Source: Candidatus Saccharimonadales bacterium
GTDB taxonomy: Bacteria > Patescibacteriota > Saccharimonadia > Saccharimonadales > UBA10212
Direction: 5' to 3'
DNA: 52,666 nt
Assembly (NCBI GenBank): GCA_025450575.1
Contig: JANWHE010000009.1
Coordinates: forward strand, 1 to 52,666
A program made the position numbers and the translations under genes. This document shows, one piece after another, positions 37,426-51,637 of this stretch. The stretch's first letter is position 1; every line of letters begins with the position of its first letter. The notes beneath the pieces were generated by a model. That model did no database searches, was not told where the DNA came from, and worked only from the letters and a program-made list of their open reading frames with translations.

Positions 37426-37454
37426 TTGACGAGCCGGCAAAAGGTCTTTAGAAT
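37426..37454 (+). promoter_or_regulatory. sigma70-type promoter for rpoBC
   Basis: TTGACG (37426-31), 17 bp, TAGAAT (37449-54), followed by a leader of about 110 nt and SD GAGGAG. Confidence 0.7.
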
Positions 37455-37571
37455 AGAGTCAAGAAGTAGTGTACTTTGGTGCTTGCTGTGCTCAAATCTC
37501 TTAGCATTCGCCGAACGTAGTGGGCTTCGCATAAGCGACAACTAATTTATTAAAGAGGAGCATTGCTTTTG

Positions 37572-40500
37572 ATGGCCAAAAACTTGGGAACTATTGCCGC
37601 GCGCACGTACTTTACAAATCAAGATGACGTAATCAGCCCGCCTAATCTGGTGAGCCACCAGAACGACTCGTTCCAGTGGTTCGTGGAAGAAGGCCTGGGC
37701 GAGCTATTGGCTGAAATCAGCCCGATTGACGATTACACCGGCACCAAACTAAGTATTACATTCAAAGATTATCATTTTGACGAGCCGAAGATGAGTGAGG
37801 CCGAGGCTCGCGAAAATAATGTCAGCTTTGACGCGCCGCTGAAGGCGACGGTAGAGCTGACCAACAAAGTCACCGGCGAAGTAAAAGAGCAGGAAATTTA
37901 CCTAGGCGACTACCCATGGATGACCAGCCGCGGCACCTTCGTGATTAACGGCGCTGAGCGCGTGGTCGTGTCGCAACTGATCCGTTCCAGCGGCGTGTTC
38001 TTTACAGCCGACCCGCATGGTACCACCAATCTTTACGGCGCCAAGATCATCCCGGTCCGTGGCGCTTGGCTGGAATTCGAAACTTCGGCCGCCGGCGCGC
38101 TGTTCGTCAAGATTGACCGCAAGCGCAAAATCGCCGTCACTACTTTGCTTAAGGCCCTGGGCATGTCGCCGGACCAGATCCGAGAAGCCTTTAAACACGT
38201 CAACCAGGGCGATACCGACTATGTCGAGGCGACTTTGGCCAAAGACCCCGCCAACAGCTCTAATGAAGCCTTGATAGAGGTTTACCGCCGCCTGCGCCCC
38301 GGCGATCTGGCGACGGTTGATAACGCTCGTAGCCTGCTGGAAAATATGTTCTATAACTTCAAGCGCTTCGATTTCGGCCGTGTCGGCCGCTATAAGCTGA
38401 ATAAGCGCCTTGATTTGAACGTGCCCAACACCATCGATAACCGTGTAATGCGCATCGAAGACCTGCTAGCCGTCATCGCCGAGATTATCCGCTTGAACGT
38501 CACGCAGGACCTGGCCGACGAGATCGATTCCTTAGCTAACCGCCGGGTCAAACTGGTCGGCGAGCTGGTCCAGCGCCAGTTCCGCATCGGCCTGCTGCGC
38601 ATGGAGCGCAACGCCAAGGACCGCATGAGCATGTCCGAAATAGAAACGGTTACCCCGGCCCAGTTGATTAACGCCCGCCCGGTAGTAGCCGCCGTCCGTG
38701 AATTCTTCGCCAGTTCTCAGTTATCCCAATTCATGGACCAGATCAACCCTTTGAGCGAACTGGCCCACAAACGGCGCCTATCTTCGATGGGCCCCGGCGG
38801 TCTAAGCCGCGAACGGGCCGGTTTTGAGGTCCGCGACGCCCACGCCACCCACTACGGCCGCATCTGCCCGGTAGAGACGCCCGAGGGCGCCAACATCGGC
38901 CTAGTCCTCAACCTGGCCAGCTTCGCCCGTATCAATGAATACGGTTTCATAGAGACCCCTTACCGCAAGGTGATTAACGCCGTGACCGCCAAAGAGGCCG
39001 CCGGCCATACCGCCCGCGCCGACTTAGAAGACGACAAAGGCAAAGTAATCGTTAAAGCCGGCGTCGTCATAACCGAAGCCGCCGCTAAACGGCTGGCTGC
39101 CGACAAAAGCCGCGCTACCTGGCCAGTCAAAGCCAAAGTCACCAGCCAAATCATCTACCTGGACGCCGCCGAAGAAGCCGAGGCCGTGATTGCCGGCGCC
39201 GGTAACGAGATTGACGACAAGGGCTACTTTAAGGAACCGCGCATTAGCGCCCGCTCGCATCTGGAAGCCGGGGAAGTGGATTCCAACGAAGCGACCTACA
39301 TGGACGCCGCCCAAAGCCAGACTATCGGTAGCAGCGCCGGCTTAATCCCATTCGTTGAGAAGAACTACGTGCTGCGCTCGCTGATGGGTAGTAACCAGCA
39401 GCGGCAAGCCGTGCCACTGATTAAACCACAGGCGCCGATAGTCGGTACCGGCATGGAGTCGATCGTCGCCCATAACACCGGTCAGCTGATAGTCGCCCAA
39501 GAAGACGGAGTGGTCGAAAAAGCTACCGCCGACGAAGTCGTCGTTAGCTACAAGAAAGGCGGCAAAGTCACTTATCGCCCGGTCCACTTTATGCGCAGCA
39601 ACGAAGGCAGTTCTATTAACCAGATAGTGGTCGTGTCCAGCGGCGATAAGGTCAAAGCCGGCGATCCGCTGATCGAAGGTATGAGCATCGCCGAAGGCGA
39701 GCTGGCTCTGGGCAAAGACCTGCTGACGGCCTTCATGCCGTGGGGCGGTTATAACTTCGAAGACGCCATCATTCTGTCTCGCAAACTGGTCGAAGATGAC
39801 ACTTTGACCTCTATTCACATCGTCGACTATATGACCGAGGTCCGCGAAACCAAACTAGGCCCGGAAATCGTTACCCGCGATATCCCGAACGTCTCCGAGG
39901 AAGCTTTACGCCACTTGGACGAGGACGGCATCGTGCGTATCGGCGCCGAAGTCCACCCCGGCGACATCCTAGTCGGCAAAATCACCCCTAAGGGCGAGCA
40001 GGAACTGAGCTCCGAAGAACGTCTGCTCAGGGCCATCTTCGGCGAAAAAGCCAAGGAAGTCCGTGATACTTCACAGCGTATGAGCACCGGCCGCCACGGC
40101 AAAGTGGTCGGCGTCAAGGTGTTCAGCCGGGCCAACGGCCACGAACTGAAAGCCGGCGTCATCATGCAGATCCAGGTTTTCGTGGCCCAGATGCGTAAGA
40201 TATCGGTCGGCGATAAACTGGGCGGCCGCCACGGCAACAAGGGCGTTATCGCCCGCATCCTGCCGGTCGAGGACATGCCTTTCACCGAAGACGGTACGCC
40301 TATCGACATCGTCTTGAATCCGCTGGGCGTTCCTTCGCGCATGAACATTGGCCAGCTGTTTGAAACCCACTTGGGCATGGCCGCCCGGGCGCTGGGGCTG
40401 AAAGTCGCCAGCCCGGCCTTCAACGGTGTTCCTATCCCCAAGATCCAGGAGTTACTGAAAGAGGCCGGCCTGCCGCAGGACGGTAAGCAGCAGCTTTACG

Positions 40501-41111
40501 ATGGCCGTACCGGCGAAGCTTTCTCAGAACGTACGACTGTCGGCTCGATGTACATCATCAAGCTCAATCACATGGTTTCCGATAAGATTCACGCCCGCTC
40601 CACTGGTCCTTACACCATGGTCACCCAGCAGCCGCTGGGCGGCAAAGCCCAGAACGGCGGCCAGCGCTTTGGCGAAATGGAAGTTTGGGCGCTGGAAGCC
40701 TACGGAGCCAGCAATACCCTGCAGGAGATGCTAACCATCAAATCGGATGACGTTTACGGCCGCGCCAAAGCCTACGAATCCATCATCAAGGGCACACCCA
40801 TCCAAGGGCCCAAGGTCCCGGAGAGCTTCAACGTCCTAGTCAAAGAATTACAGGGCCTGGGCCTAAAAGTGGACCTGCTGGCAGATAACGAGATCGTTGA
40901 CGCTGAAGAGGTTCTGGCCCAGAACATCAAAGAGGAAGCCAAAGCGCCTATTTCCGTAGCGTCCGACCAATCCATCATCAACGACGCCGCGATTGTCGAT
41001 GCCGCCGTTGCCAACGACCCGGCCTTGACCGGCGAGGAAGGCATGTCGATAGTCGACGCCGAGAACGAACTTCAAGATTTAGAGAATCAAACCATAGAAG
41101 AGGAGGCCTAA
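37572..41111 (+). CDS. rpoB: DNA-directed RNA polymerase beta subunit
   Basis: GTFVINGAERVVVSQL; Rif cluster SQLSQFMDQINPLSELAHKRRLS; GYNFEDAI; GDKLGGRHGNKG; GGQRFGEMEVWALEAY. Confidence 0.99.
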   Translation: MAKNLGTIAARTYFTNQDDVISPPNLVSHQNDSFQWFVEEGLGELLAEISPIDDYTGTKLSITFKDYHFDEPKMSEAEARENNVSFDAPLKATVELTNKVTGEVKEQEIYLGDYPWMTSRGTFVINGAERVVVSQLIRSSGVFFTADPHGTTNLYGAKIIPVRGAWLEFETSAAGALFVKIDRKRKIAVTTLLKALGMSPDQIREAFKHVNQGDTDYVEATLAKDPANSSNEALIEVYRRLRPGDLATVDNARSLLENMFYNFKRFDFGRVGRYKLNKRLDLNVPNTIDNRVMRIEDLLAVIAEIIRLNVTQDLADEIDSLANRRVKLVGELVQRQFRIGLLRMERNAKDRMSMSEIETVTPAQLINARPVVAAVREFFASSQLSQFMDQINPLSELAHKRRLSSMGPGGLSRERAGFEVRDAHATHYGRICPVETPEGANIGLVLNLASFARINEYGFIETPYRKVINAVTAKEAAGHTARADLEDDKGKVIVKAGVVITEAAAKRLAADKSRATWPVKAKVTSQIIYLDAAEEAEAVIAGAGNEIDDKGYFKEPRISARSHLEAGEVDSNEATYMDAAQSQTIGSSAGLIPFVEKNYVLRSLMGSNQQRQAVPLIKPQAPIVGTGMESIVAHNTGQLIVAQEDGVVEKATADEVVVSYKKGGKVTYRPVHFMRSNEGSSINQIVVVSSGDKVKAGDPLIEGMSIAEGELALGKDLLTAFMPWGGYNFEDAIILSRKLVEDDTLTSIHIVDYMTEVRETKLGPEIVTRDIPNVSEEALRHLDEDGIVRIGAEVHPGDILVGKITPKGEQELSSEERLLRAIFGEKAKEVRDTSQRMSTGRHGKVVGVKVFSRANGHELKAGVIMQIQVFVAQMRKISVGDKLGGRHGNKGVIARILPVEDMPFTEDGTPIDIVLNPLGVPSRMNIGQLFETHLGMAARALGLKVASPAFNGVPIPKIQELLKEAGLPQDGKQQLYDGRTGEAFSERTTVGSMYIIKLNHMVSDKIHARSTGPYTMVTQQPLGGKAQNGGQRFGEMEVWALEAYGASNTLQEMLTIKSDDVYGRAKAYESIIKGTPIQGPKVPESFNVLVKELQGLGLKVDLLADNEIVDAEEVLAQNIKEEAKAPISVASDQSIINDAAIVDAAVANDPALTGEEGMSIVDAENELQDLENQTIEEEA

Positions 41112-41114
41112 AAT

Positions 41115-44945
<3,831 letters not shown>

Positions 44946-44988
44946 ATTTGCTAAACTTAACCACTGAATCTCAAGGAGTTTAAAGAGA

Positions 44989-45399
44989 GTGCCCACCATC
45001 AACCAGCTGGTCCGTAAGCCGCGTAAGTCAGCCGCCGACAAAACCAAGTCGCCGGCTCTGCAGCGCGTGGTCAACAACTTAAAGACCAAAAGTTACGAGA
45101 AGAATTCGCCGTTCAAGCGCGGCGTTTGCGTCCGGGTGACCACTAAGACTCCTAAGAAACCTAACTCGGCGTTGCGCAAAGTCGCTCGCGTCCGCCTGAC
45201 TAACGGCCATGAAGTCTGGGCCTACATCGGCGGCGAGGGGCACAATCTGCAAGAACACGCCGTCGTGCTGGTCCGCGGCGGCCGCGTCAAGGACCTGCCG
45301 GGCGTCCGCTACCACATCGTCCGCGGCTCGCTTGACCTGCAAGGAGTCCAAAACCGCAAGCAAGGCCGCAGCAAATACGGCGCCAAGAGGCCCAAATAA
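44989..45399 (+). CDS. rpsL: 30S ribosomal protein S12
   Basis: [39 protein letters not shown]; GTG start. Confidence 0.99.
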   Translation: MPTINQLVRKPRKSAADKTKSPALQRVVNNLKTKSYEKNSPFKRGVCVRVTTKTPKKPNSALRKVARVRLTNGHEVWAYIGGEGHNLQEHAVVLVRGGRVKDLPGVRYHIVRGSLDLQGVQNRKQGRSKYGAKRPK

Positions 45400-45878
45400 T
45401 GCCCCGCAAGACTACCAAAGCCTTGGTGCGTCCGGTCCAGCCCGACCGGGTTTATCAGAGCACAGCTGTAGCTAAACTCATCAACCGGGTGATGTTGGAT
45501 GGCAAGAAACAGCTGGCCGAACGGCTAGTTTACGACGGCATGCAAAAAGCCGCCGATAAGCTTAAAGTCCAGAACCCCTTGGAAGTGTTCGAACAAGCCA
45601 TGCGCAACGTCCAGCCGCACATGGAGACCCGTTCCCGGCGGGTCGGCGGCGCCAACTACCAGATTCCTTTCGAGGTGAAAGGCCAGCGTCAGCAGCACCT
45701 GACCACTATGTGGTTCGTGGAAGCGGTGCGGGCCCGCAGCGGTATGCCGACGGATGAGCGTATCGCCCAAGAACTGGTTGACGCCTATAACAACACCGGC
45801 TCGGCCGTCAAGAAAAAAGAAGACACCCACCGCATGGCCGATGCTAACCGGGCCTTCGCCCACTTCGCCCGGACTTAA
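45399..45878 (+). CDS. rpsG: 30S ribosomal protein S7
   Basis: MLDGKK, RSRRVGGANYQIP, KKKEDTHRMADANRAFAHF. Confidence 0.98.
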   Translation: MPRKTTKALVRPVQPDRVYQSTAVAKLINRVMLDGKKQLAERLVYDGMQKAADKLKVQNPLEVFEQAMRNVQPHMETRSRRVGGANYQIPFEVKGQRQQHLTTMWFVEAVRARSGMPTDERIAQELVDAYNNTGSAVKKKEDTHRMADANRAFAHFART

Positions 45879-45882
45879 AGCT

Positions 45883-46149
45883 ATGGAACCCCGAGAGCCT
45901 TCCACCGAGTCTGATACTGTGTCCGCCCGAGGCCGGTTTGAACTTATAGCGCACAGCCTGGAGTTCTCAGCAATCGGCCAGATTCACAGCAATGATATGA
46001 GAGTCATGCAGGTTACCACCAAGGCTAACCAGAAAGTGGCTGTTGCCGTGCCCAGCGGCGCGGATCCGACCCCCTATATCAAACGGGCTGTAGAGCTGAT
46101 TGAGAGCGGCGAGACCCAAGGCGTCATATCTATACCGACTGGAGAATAA
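45883..46149 (+). CDS. Small orphan protein (88 aa) inserted between rpsG and fusA
   Basis: ATG 4 nt after the rpsG stop; open to TAA 46149, 1 nt before the fusA ATG. The fusA SD (GGAG) lies in its last codons. Confidence 0.65.
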   Translation: MEPREPSTESDTVSARGRFELIAHSLEFSAIGQIHSNDMRVMQVTTKANQKVAVAVPSGADPTPYIKRAVELIESGETQGVISIPTGE

Positions 46150-46150
46150 A

Positions 46151-48238
46151 ATGGCAGAGAAGAAATATAATTTAGACAAACTACGGAATATCGGGATCAT
46201 CGCCCACATCGATGCCGGTAAGACTACCACCACCGAGGGAATTCTTTACCGTACCGGTTTGAAGCACAAGATTGGCGCCGTCCATGAGGGCGAGACCACG
46301 ACCGACTGGATGGCCCAGGAGAAAGAGCGCGGCATAACTATCACCGCCGCGGCTGTGACGTGTTATTGGAAAGACCATAAGATCAACATCATCGATACGC
46401 CCGGCCACATCGACTTCACGGTGGAGGTAGAGCGGTCTTTGCGGGTACTGGATGGCGCCGTGGTTGTCTTTGACGGTAAGATGGGCGTCGAATCCCAATC
46501 GGAAACCGTCTGGCGCCAGGCCGATAAATACAACGTGCCGCGCATCTGCTTTATCAATAAGATTAACCAGACTGGCGGCGACTTCTATAAATCGCTCGAT
46601 TCCATCCATCACCGCCTGAATAAACGGGCTTTTCCTATCCATCTGCCGATCGGTTTCGAGCAGTCCGTTTCGGGCGTGGTCGACCTTATTGCGATGAAAG
46701 CCTACACCTATAAAGAGTTTACGGATCACGAACTGACAGAGAGCGAAATCCCGGCCGATATGGCCGACCAGGTCAAAAAGTACCGCTCGCTGCTGGTCGA
46801 AAACGCCGTCGCCGAAGACGAAGCCACGCTCGAAAAATACTTCGAAGTCGGCGAAGAAGGACTGAGCGAAGACGAGATCAAGCAGGCCATCCGCTCGGCC
46901 GTGCTGACCGGTAAGTTCTATGCTGTGACCGGCGGCGACGGACGCGGCGTCATCGTGGAGAAACTGCTGGACGCCGTCAATGATTTCCTGCCGAATCCGC
47001 TGGACCGCGGTTCGACATGGGGGACTAACCCTAAGAACGGCGAAGAAGTCGAGCGCAAACCGGATCCCGCCGAACCGTTCGCGGCCTTGGCGTTCAAAAT
47101 CGCCACTGACCCGTTCGTCGGCAAGCTGGCCTTTTTCCGGGTCTATTCCGGTAAAGTCACCGCCGGGAGCTATATCCTGAACAGCTCCACTGGCGAACGG
47201 GAGCGTATCGGCCGTATCGTCCGCATGCAGGCCGACAAGCGCGAGGACGTCACCGAAGTCGAGGCCGGCGACATTGCCGCTATCGTCGGGCTTAAAGGCA
47301 CTACCACGGGCAACACCCTATGTGATACCGCCAGCCCGATCGTGTTAGAGAGCATTACTTTTCCGGAACCGCCGGTATCTATCGCCATCGAACCAAAGAC
47401 AAAGGCCGACCAGGAAAAGATGAGCCTGGCGCTACAGCGGCTGGCCGAAGAGGATCCCACCTTCCGCATCCACGTCGATCACGAGACCGGCCAGACCATT
47501 ATCTCCGGCATGGGCGAGCTGCATCTGGAAATTATCGTCGACCGCATGAAGCGCGAGTTCACGGTCGAGGCCAACATCGGCCAGCCCCAGGTGGCTTACC
47601 GCGAAACCATTCGTAAGGATGCCGTCGAGCAAGAAGGCAAATTTATCCGCCAGTCCGGCGGCCGCGGCCAATACGGCCACGTCTGGCTGCGCTTGAGCCA
47701 GAACGAAGCCGGCGCCGGCTTCGAATTCATCAACAGCATCAAGGGCGGAGCGGTGCCGAGCGAATATATCCCGGCCGTCAAAGCCGGCATCGAGGAAGCC
47801 ATGGCTAACGGCGTCATCGCCGGCTATCCGGTAGTGGATATCAAGGCCGAACTGTACGACGGCTCCTTCCACGAAGTCGACTCGTCCGAAATGGCCTTTA
47901 AGATCGCCGGCTCCATGGCTCTGCAAGAAGGTGTTAAGAACGCTGGGCCGGTCCTGCTAGAACCGATTATGAAAGTCGTGGTCGTCACGCCCGAGGAGTT
48001 CATGGGCGATGTCATCGGCGACTTAAACTCTAAGCGCGGCCGTATCGAGTCCATGGAGGACTTGCAGGCCGGCATCAAAGAGATCACCGCCTTCGTTCCC
48101 TTAGGCGAAATGTTCGGTTACACCACCAATCTGCGCAGCAGCACCCAGGGCCGGGCCAGCTCCAGCATGGAGTTAGACCATTACGCCGACGTGCCGCCGA
48201 ACGTCGCTCAGAACATCATCACCAAATCCGGAAAATAA
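46151..48238 (+). CDS. fusA: Elongation factor G (start ATG 46151)
   Basis: [64 protein letters not shown]. Confidence 0.99.
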   Translation: MAEKKYNLDKLRNIGIIAHIDAGKTTTTEGILYRTGLKHKIGAVHEGETTTDWMAQEKERGITITAAAVTCYWKDHKINIIDTPGHIDFTVEVERSLRVLDGAVVVFDGKMGVESQSETVWRQADKYNVPRICFINKINQTGGDFYKSLDSIHHRLNKRAFPIHLPIGFEQSVSGVVDLIAMKAYTYKEFTDHELTESEIPADMADQVKKYRSLLVENAVAEDEATLEKYFEVGEEGLSEDEIKQAIRSAVLTGKFYAVTGGDGRGVIVEKLLDAVNDFLPNPLDRGSTWGTNPKNGEEVERKPDPAEPFAALAFKIATDPFVGKLAFFRVYSGKVTAGSYILNSSTGERERIGRIVRMQADKREDVTEVEAGDIAAIVGLKGTTTGNTLCDTASPIVLESITFPEPPVSIAIEPKTKADQEKMSLALQRLAEEDPTFRIHVDHETGQTIISGMGELHLEIIVDRMKREFTVEANIGQPQVAYRETIRKDAVEQEGKFIRQSGGRGQYGHVWLRLSQNEAGAGFEFINSIKGGAVPSEYIPAVKAGIEEAMANGVIAGYPVVDIKAELYDGSFHEVDSSEMAFKIAGSMALQEGVKNAGPVLLEPIMKVVVVTPEEFMGDVIGDLNSKRGRIESMEDLQAGIKEITAFVPLGEMFGYTTNLRSSTQGRASSSMELDHYADVPPNVAQNIITKSGK

Positions 48239-48244
48239 AGGCCA

Positions 48245-49300
48245 CTACGGCGCGACTGGATTGGGAATACTCTGCATAACTTGGACCGAGTCCCGAACAC
48301 TCTTTAGTAGAACTACTGAATCTGATTGAAGATCAACCTCAGGGCCTAGCGCGCTTGGATACTCGACTCTATTTAGATACTGCTCTTTAGGTTCAATTTC
48401 AAAGGGCAACCGTTCAAGCTCCATGTCTTCAACTTTAGAAACCATCCTTACATTGCCGATTACTCGCTTATATGGGTCAAATTCAAAAACTATGGAATGG
48501 TATTCGCGGTCGCCCTCTATCGGACTATCCGTTAAAAATCTGGCGATGTGGCCTAAAGCCAGCAGCCGCCCGTCGGGCATTAGCCTTACGTCGTTTACGC
48601 CGCCCCATTCTTCGTCGCCAAACAGGTCATACATAAGGGGCGCTTCGTGCAGAACCGTCGCATCAATATCACTTAACCTGTCTACCACGCAAAAACCAAT
48701 TTTGCCACGTCCGCCACGACTCGGATTCCCAAGTGACTGAGGCCTGGTAAAAACACCGACTTGGCCATTTTCGAGCTCGACTAACCGCACGCATTTCATT
48801 GTCTCGGGAGACTTGGTCAATAGCTTTAGGTCATCTAACCGTTCTCCAGAAAAAATATTCGTCCAGTAGACGCAGCCGGCGGACGGGTCATCCTTATCCT
48901 TAAGCTGGACTTCGATACAGTTAACTACCCACTCACCGCCGACGTGACTGATTTGTGGATCCTGCATAATTTTGCCGGCCGTCAGTTTGTTTAGATTGGA
49001 AATAGAACTATCGGCTACCCATTTATTGCTTGTCGCGACAAACTTGAACGGAATTACTTTAGAACTGAACTGGTCATCACGTTTTTCGGTCCGGCCAAGT
49101 ATATAAGCCTCGCCACCGAGCGTGAATTGTCGGCTGGTATTGTATACATGGATTCCAGCCGGCACATCGAACTCCAGGATACTGTACTCTCCCTCCGGCT
49201 TGCGATAGGCGCTCAACAAATCATCCATGGTTGTCGGCTTAGTATCAGTTGCAGCAGACGTCTCTTCTATTGCGGGTATAGTCTCGTAACCTGAGCTCAT
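48245..49300 (-). CDS. DUF1861 / MTP family (GT108-like beta-1,2-mannosyltransferase/phosphorylase, 5-bladed propeller)
   Basis: VYN..F..G..YILGR.EKRD, QDP, MK.VRLVEL..G.VGVFTRPQ, GGRGKIGF, EEWGGVN, LGHIA: the motif series of DUF1861. Confidence 0.78.
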   Translation of the reverse strand: MSSGYETIPAIEETSAATDTKPTTMDDLLSAYRKPEGEYSILEFDVPAGIHVYNTSRQFTLGGEAYILGRTEKRDDQFSSKVIPFKFVATSNKWVADSSISNLNKLTAGKIMQDPQISHVGGEWVVNCIEVQLKDKDDPSAGCVYWTNIFSGERLDDLKLLTKSPETMKCVRLVELENGQVGVFTRPQSLGNPSRGGRGKIGFCVVDRLSDIDATVLHEAPLMYDLFGDEEWGGVNDVRLMPDGRLLALGHIARFLTDSPIEGDREYHSIVFEFDPYKRVIGNVRMVSKVEDMELERLPFEIEPKEQYLNRVEYPSALGPEVDLQSDSVVLLKSVRDSVQVMQSIPNPVAP

Positions 49301-49429
49301 TTGTTTTAACTCTTTATGTTAACTTCCTATGCAGGAGTATCTTATTATCTCTAATATAAATCAAGCCTAGAATTATCAAAAATAACTAATCACGCAATAT
49401 TCGGCGGCAAAGAGGAATATAATAGAAGT

Positions 49430-51637
49430 ATGAGAGGTGCCGAACCAACTGCTGCTGTTGCCAGGAGACTGGTCTTTATCAGTACCTATCCGCCGCGGCA
49501 GTGCGGCATTGCTACTTTTACCCAGGACCTTCTCAATAGCATCAAACTGGTCGCGCCAGACTTATCCCTGGAGGTATTCGCGCTTAATAAGACCAAACTA
49601 GACTCCCACACTTATCCCGCCGAGGTTACGGGGGTCATCTACCAGGACGACCCGGCTTCATATATAGCGGCTGCCAAGCAAATCAACAAAGACCATTCCA
49701 GAACTACCGTAATCGTCCAGCACGAGTATGGTATCCATGGCGGCCCGTCAGGCCGGAATCTGCTAGAGCTACTCAAGAACCTAAAGTGCCCTGTCATAAC
49801 TACGCTGCATACGGTTGTCGAAGACCCTGACCAGACTAAGAAAACAGTAACCCAGCAATTGATTAATCTGAGCGAGCGATTGGTAACGCTTACTGAAAGT
49901 TCGGCCGATATCGTCCGGAAACTGTACGTTGATAGCGATTTGAAATTGACGGTCATACCGCATGGTATCCACCCACTTATGTATATGCCCACATCAAGCG
50001 TCAAGCAATCCGTCGGGCTCGAGGGCCATAAAGTTTTGCTGACTTTCGGACTACTCAACCGCAATAAGGGCATCGAGTATGTCATCCAAGGCCTGCCTGA
50101 AGTCATCAAAGAATATCCAAGAGTCATGTACCTGGTCGTCGGGGCCACTCATCCGGATGTACTGAGCTATGAAGGCCAATCATACCGTAATGAACTAGCT
50201 AAAATGGTCATAGAACTAGGGCTCACTAAACACGTCCGTTTTATCGATGGGTATATCCCTTTAAAAACCCTTTTGACTTATCTGCAGGCCACTGATATCT
50301 ATATGGCCACCTCGCTTGATCCCCAGCAGGCTGTAAGCGGCACCTTATCCTACGCGCTGGGAGCCGGCTGCGCTATTGTGGCGACCGAGTTCTCACAGGC
50401 CAGGGAAGTAGTCAGCAATAACCAGGGCCGGGTAGTGCCGTTTAGAGAGCCTGGAGCTATCACTAAAGCAGTTAAATCATTGCTTAAGGATCCCGCGCAG
50501 CTAGCCATGCTTAGGGCGAACGCCTATTCATCGACACGCTCCATGCTGTGGTCGAACGTCGCGGATAATTATCTTGGAGTCGCTTTCGGTGGGCAGGCAA
50601 ACACAGCCGGGCTGCCACCTATTAAACTTGGCCATATTCTCAATATGACCACCGACCTTGGTATTTACCAATTTGCCAAGCACGCGGAACCCGACTTAAG
50701 CCATGGGTTTACGCTCGACGACAATAGCCGGGCGCTCCAACTTGTAGCCGAGCTGAAAATGCTAGACAAAAAAACTAAAAAGGAATTGGCCGAAAAGTAC
50801 CTTAGAGGCATTAGAGTCTGCTTAAGCTATGAGCCGATAGTCAATTATCTGTCAGACAGCGGCAATCCCACTCAACAGAATAAAAAAGAAAATATTGACG
50901 ATAGCTATGGCCGGGCCTTTTACGCCCTGCAGGAGTTTGCTGTCATCAATGCCAAGGACGAAAAACTGTCCCAAGGAGTTGAGCGACTGATAAAAATGCT
51001 ACCACCGTTACCGCCAAGTGGCAGCCCGCGGACGACGGCTTTTTATCTCATGGGCTACGCAGCCAAGGCCGCTGCCGGTGATAAATCGATTTTACCGATG
51101 TTAACGCTTGTAGCCGACGAACTGGCGAATAAATATTATAAAAAGATAAAAAGCGGTTGGGGATGGTTCGAACCGGTCTTGACATATGCCAATGGTACTT
51201 TGAGCGCCGCCCTGATTGAAGCCGCTATCGTCACCGGATCCAAGAAGTATGCCAAAATCGGCCTTGAGTCGTTAGATTTCCTGGTTAAAGAGTGCTTCAT
51301 GGGCGAGATTTATGTGCCGATAGGTAGCGATGGTTGGTATGAGTTCGGTAAAAAAAGAGCGATATTCGGGCAGCAGCCCGAGGACCCGTTCGCTATCATA
51401 CAAGCCCTGCAAGCCGCTTATAAACTAACTGCGGACAAACGGTATAGGGCCCTTGCGCGCAAGGCTTTTAGCTGGTATCTAGGCAACAACCTCCTCGGTA
51501 TTAGGCTTTACAATGACGAGACCGGCGGCTGTTACGATGGACTTTTTCAAGATGGCCTCAATCCGAACCAGGGCGCTGAATCAAGCGTCGCCTATCTGCG
51601 GGCCCGCATAATGATAGGACAGTTCGCTAAAGGCTGA
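49430..51637 (+). CDS. GT4-family glycosyltransferase fused to a C-terminal six-hairpin (alpha/alpha)6 glycosidase-like domain
   Basis: N-terminal ISTYPPRQCGIATFT, QHEYG, FGLL..NKGIEY, SGTLSYA; C-terminal G.TLDDNSRAL, WFE..LTYANG, QQP, GGCYDGL, NQGAES. Confidence 0.85.
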   Translation: MRGAEPTAAVARRLVFISTYPPRQCGIATFTQDLLNSIKLVAPDLSLEVFALNKTKLDSHTYPAEVTGVIYQDDPASYIAAAKQINKDHSRTTVIVQHEYGIHGGPSGRNLLELLKNLKCPVITTLHTVVEDPDQTKKTVTQQLINLSERLVTLTESSADIVRKLYVDSDLKLTVIPHGIHPLMYMPTSSVKQSVGLEGHKVLLTFGLLNRNKGIEYVIQGLPEVIKEYPRVMYLVVGATHPDVLSYEGQSYRNELAKMVIELGLTKHVRFIDGYIPLKTLLTYLQATDIYMATSLDPQQAVSGTLSYALGAGCAIVATEFSQAREVVSNNQGRVVPFREPGAITKAVKSLLKDPAQLAMLRANAYSSTRSMLWSNVADNYLGVAFGGQANTAGLPPIKLGHILNMTTDLGIYQFAKHAEPDLSHGFTLDDNSRALQLVAELKMLDKKTKKELAEKYLRGIRVCLSYEPIVNYLSDSGNPTQQNKKENIDDSYGRAFYALQEFAVINAKDEKLSQGVERLIKMLPPLPPSGSPRTTAFYLMGYAAKAAAGDKSILPMLTLVADELANKYYKKIKSGWGWFEPVLTYANGTLSAALIEAAIVTGSKKYAKIGLESLDFLVKECFMGEIYVPIGSDGWYEFGKKRAIFGQQPEDPFAIIQALQAAYKLTADKRYRALARKAFSWYLGNNLLGIRLYNDETGGCYDGLFQDGLNPNQGAESSVAYLRARIMIGQFAKG

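Noticed and set aside
38700-38800. Intrinsic rifampicin resistance in RpoB
   Set aside because: Cluster I residues equivalent to Q513, D516, H526 and S531 are all canonical.
45754-45882. 131-aa version of the rpsG-fusA orphan
   Set aside because: It would overlap rpsG by 125 nt; ATG 45883 just after the rpsG stop is more plausible.
46100-46150. N-terminal extension of EF-G from TTG 46100
   Set aside because: ATG 46151 has an SD (GGAG) and gives the normal EF-G N-terminus; the extension overlaps the orphan ORF.
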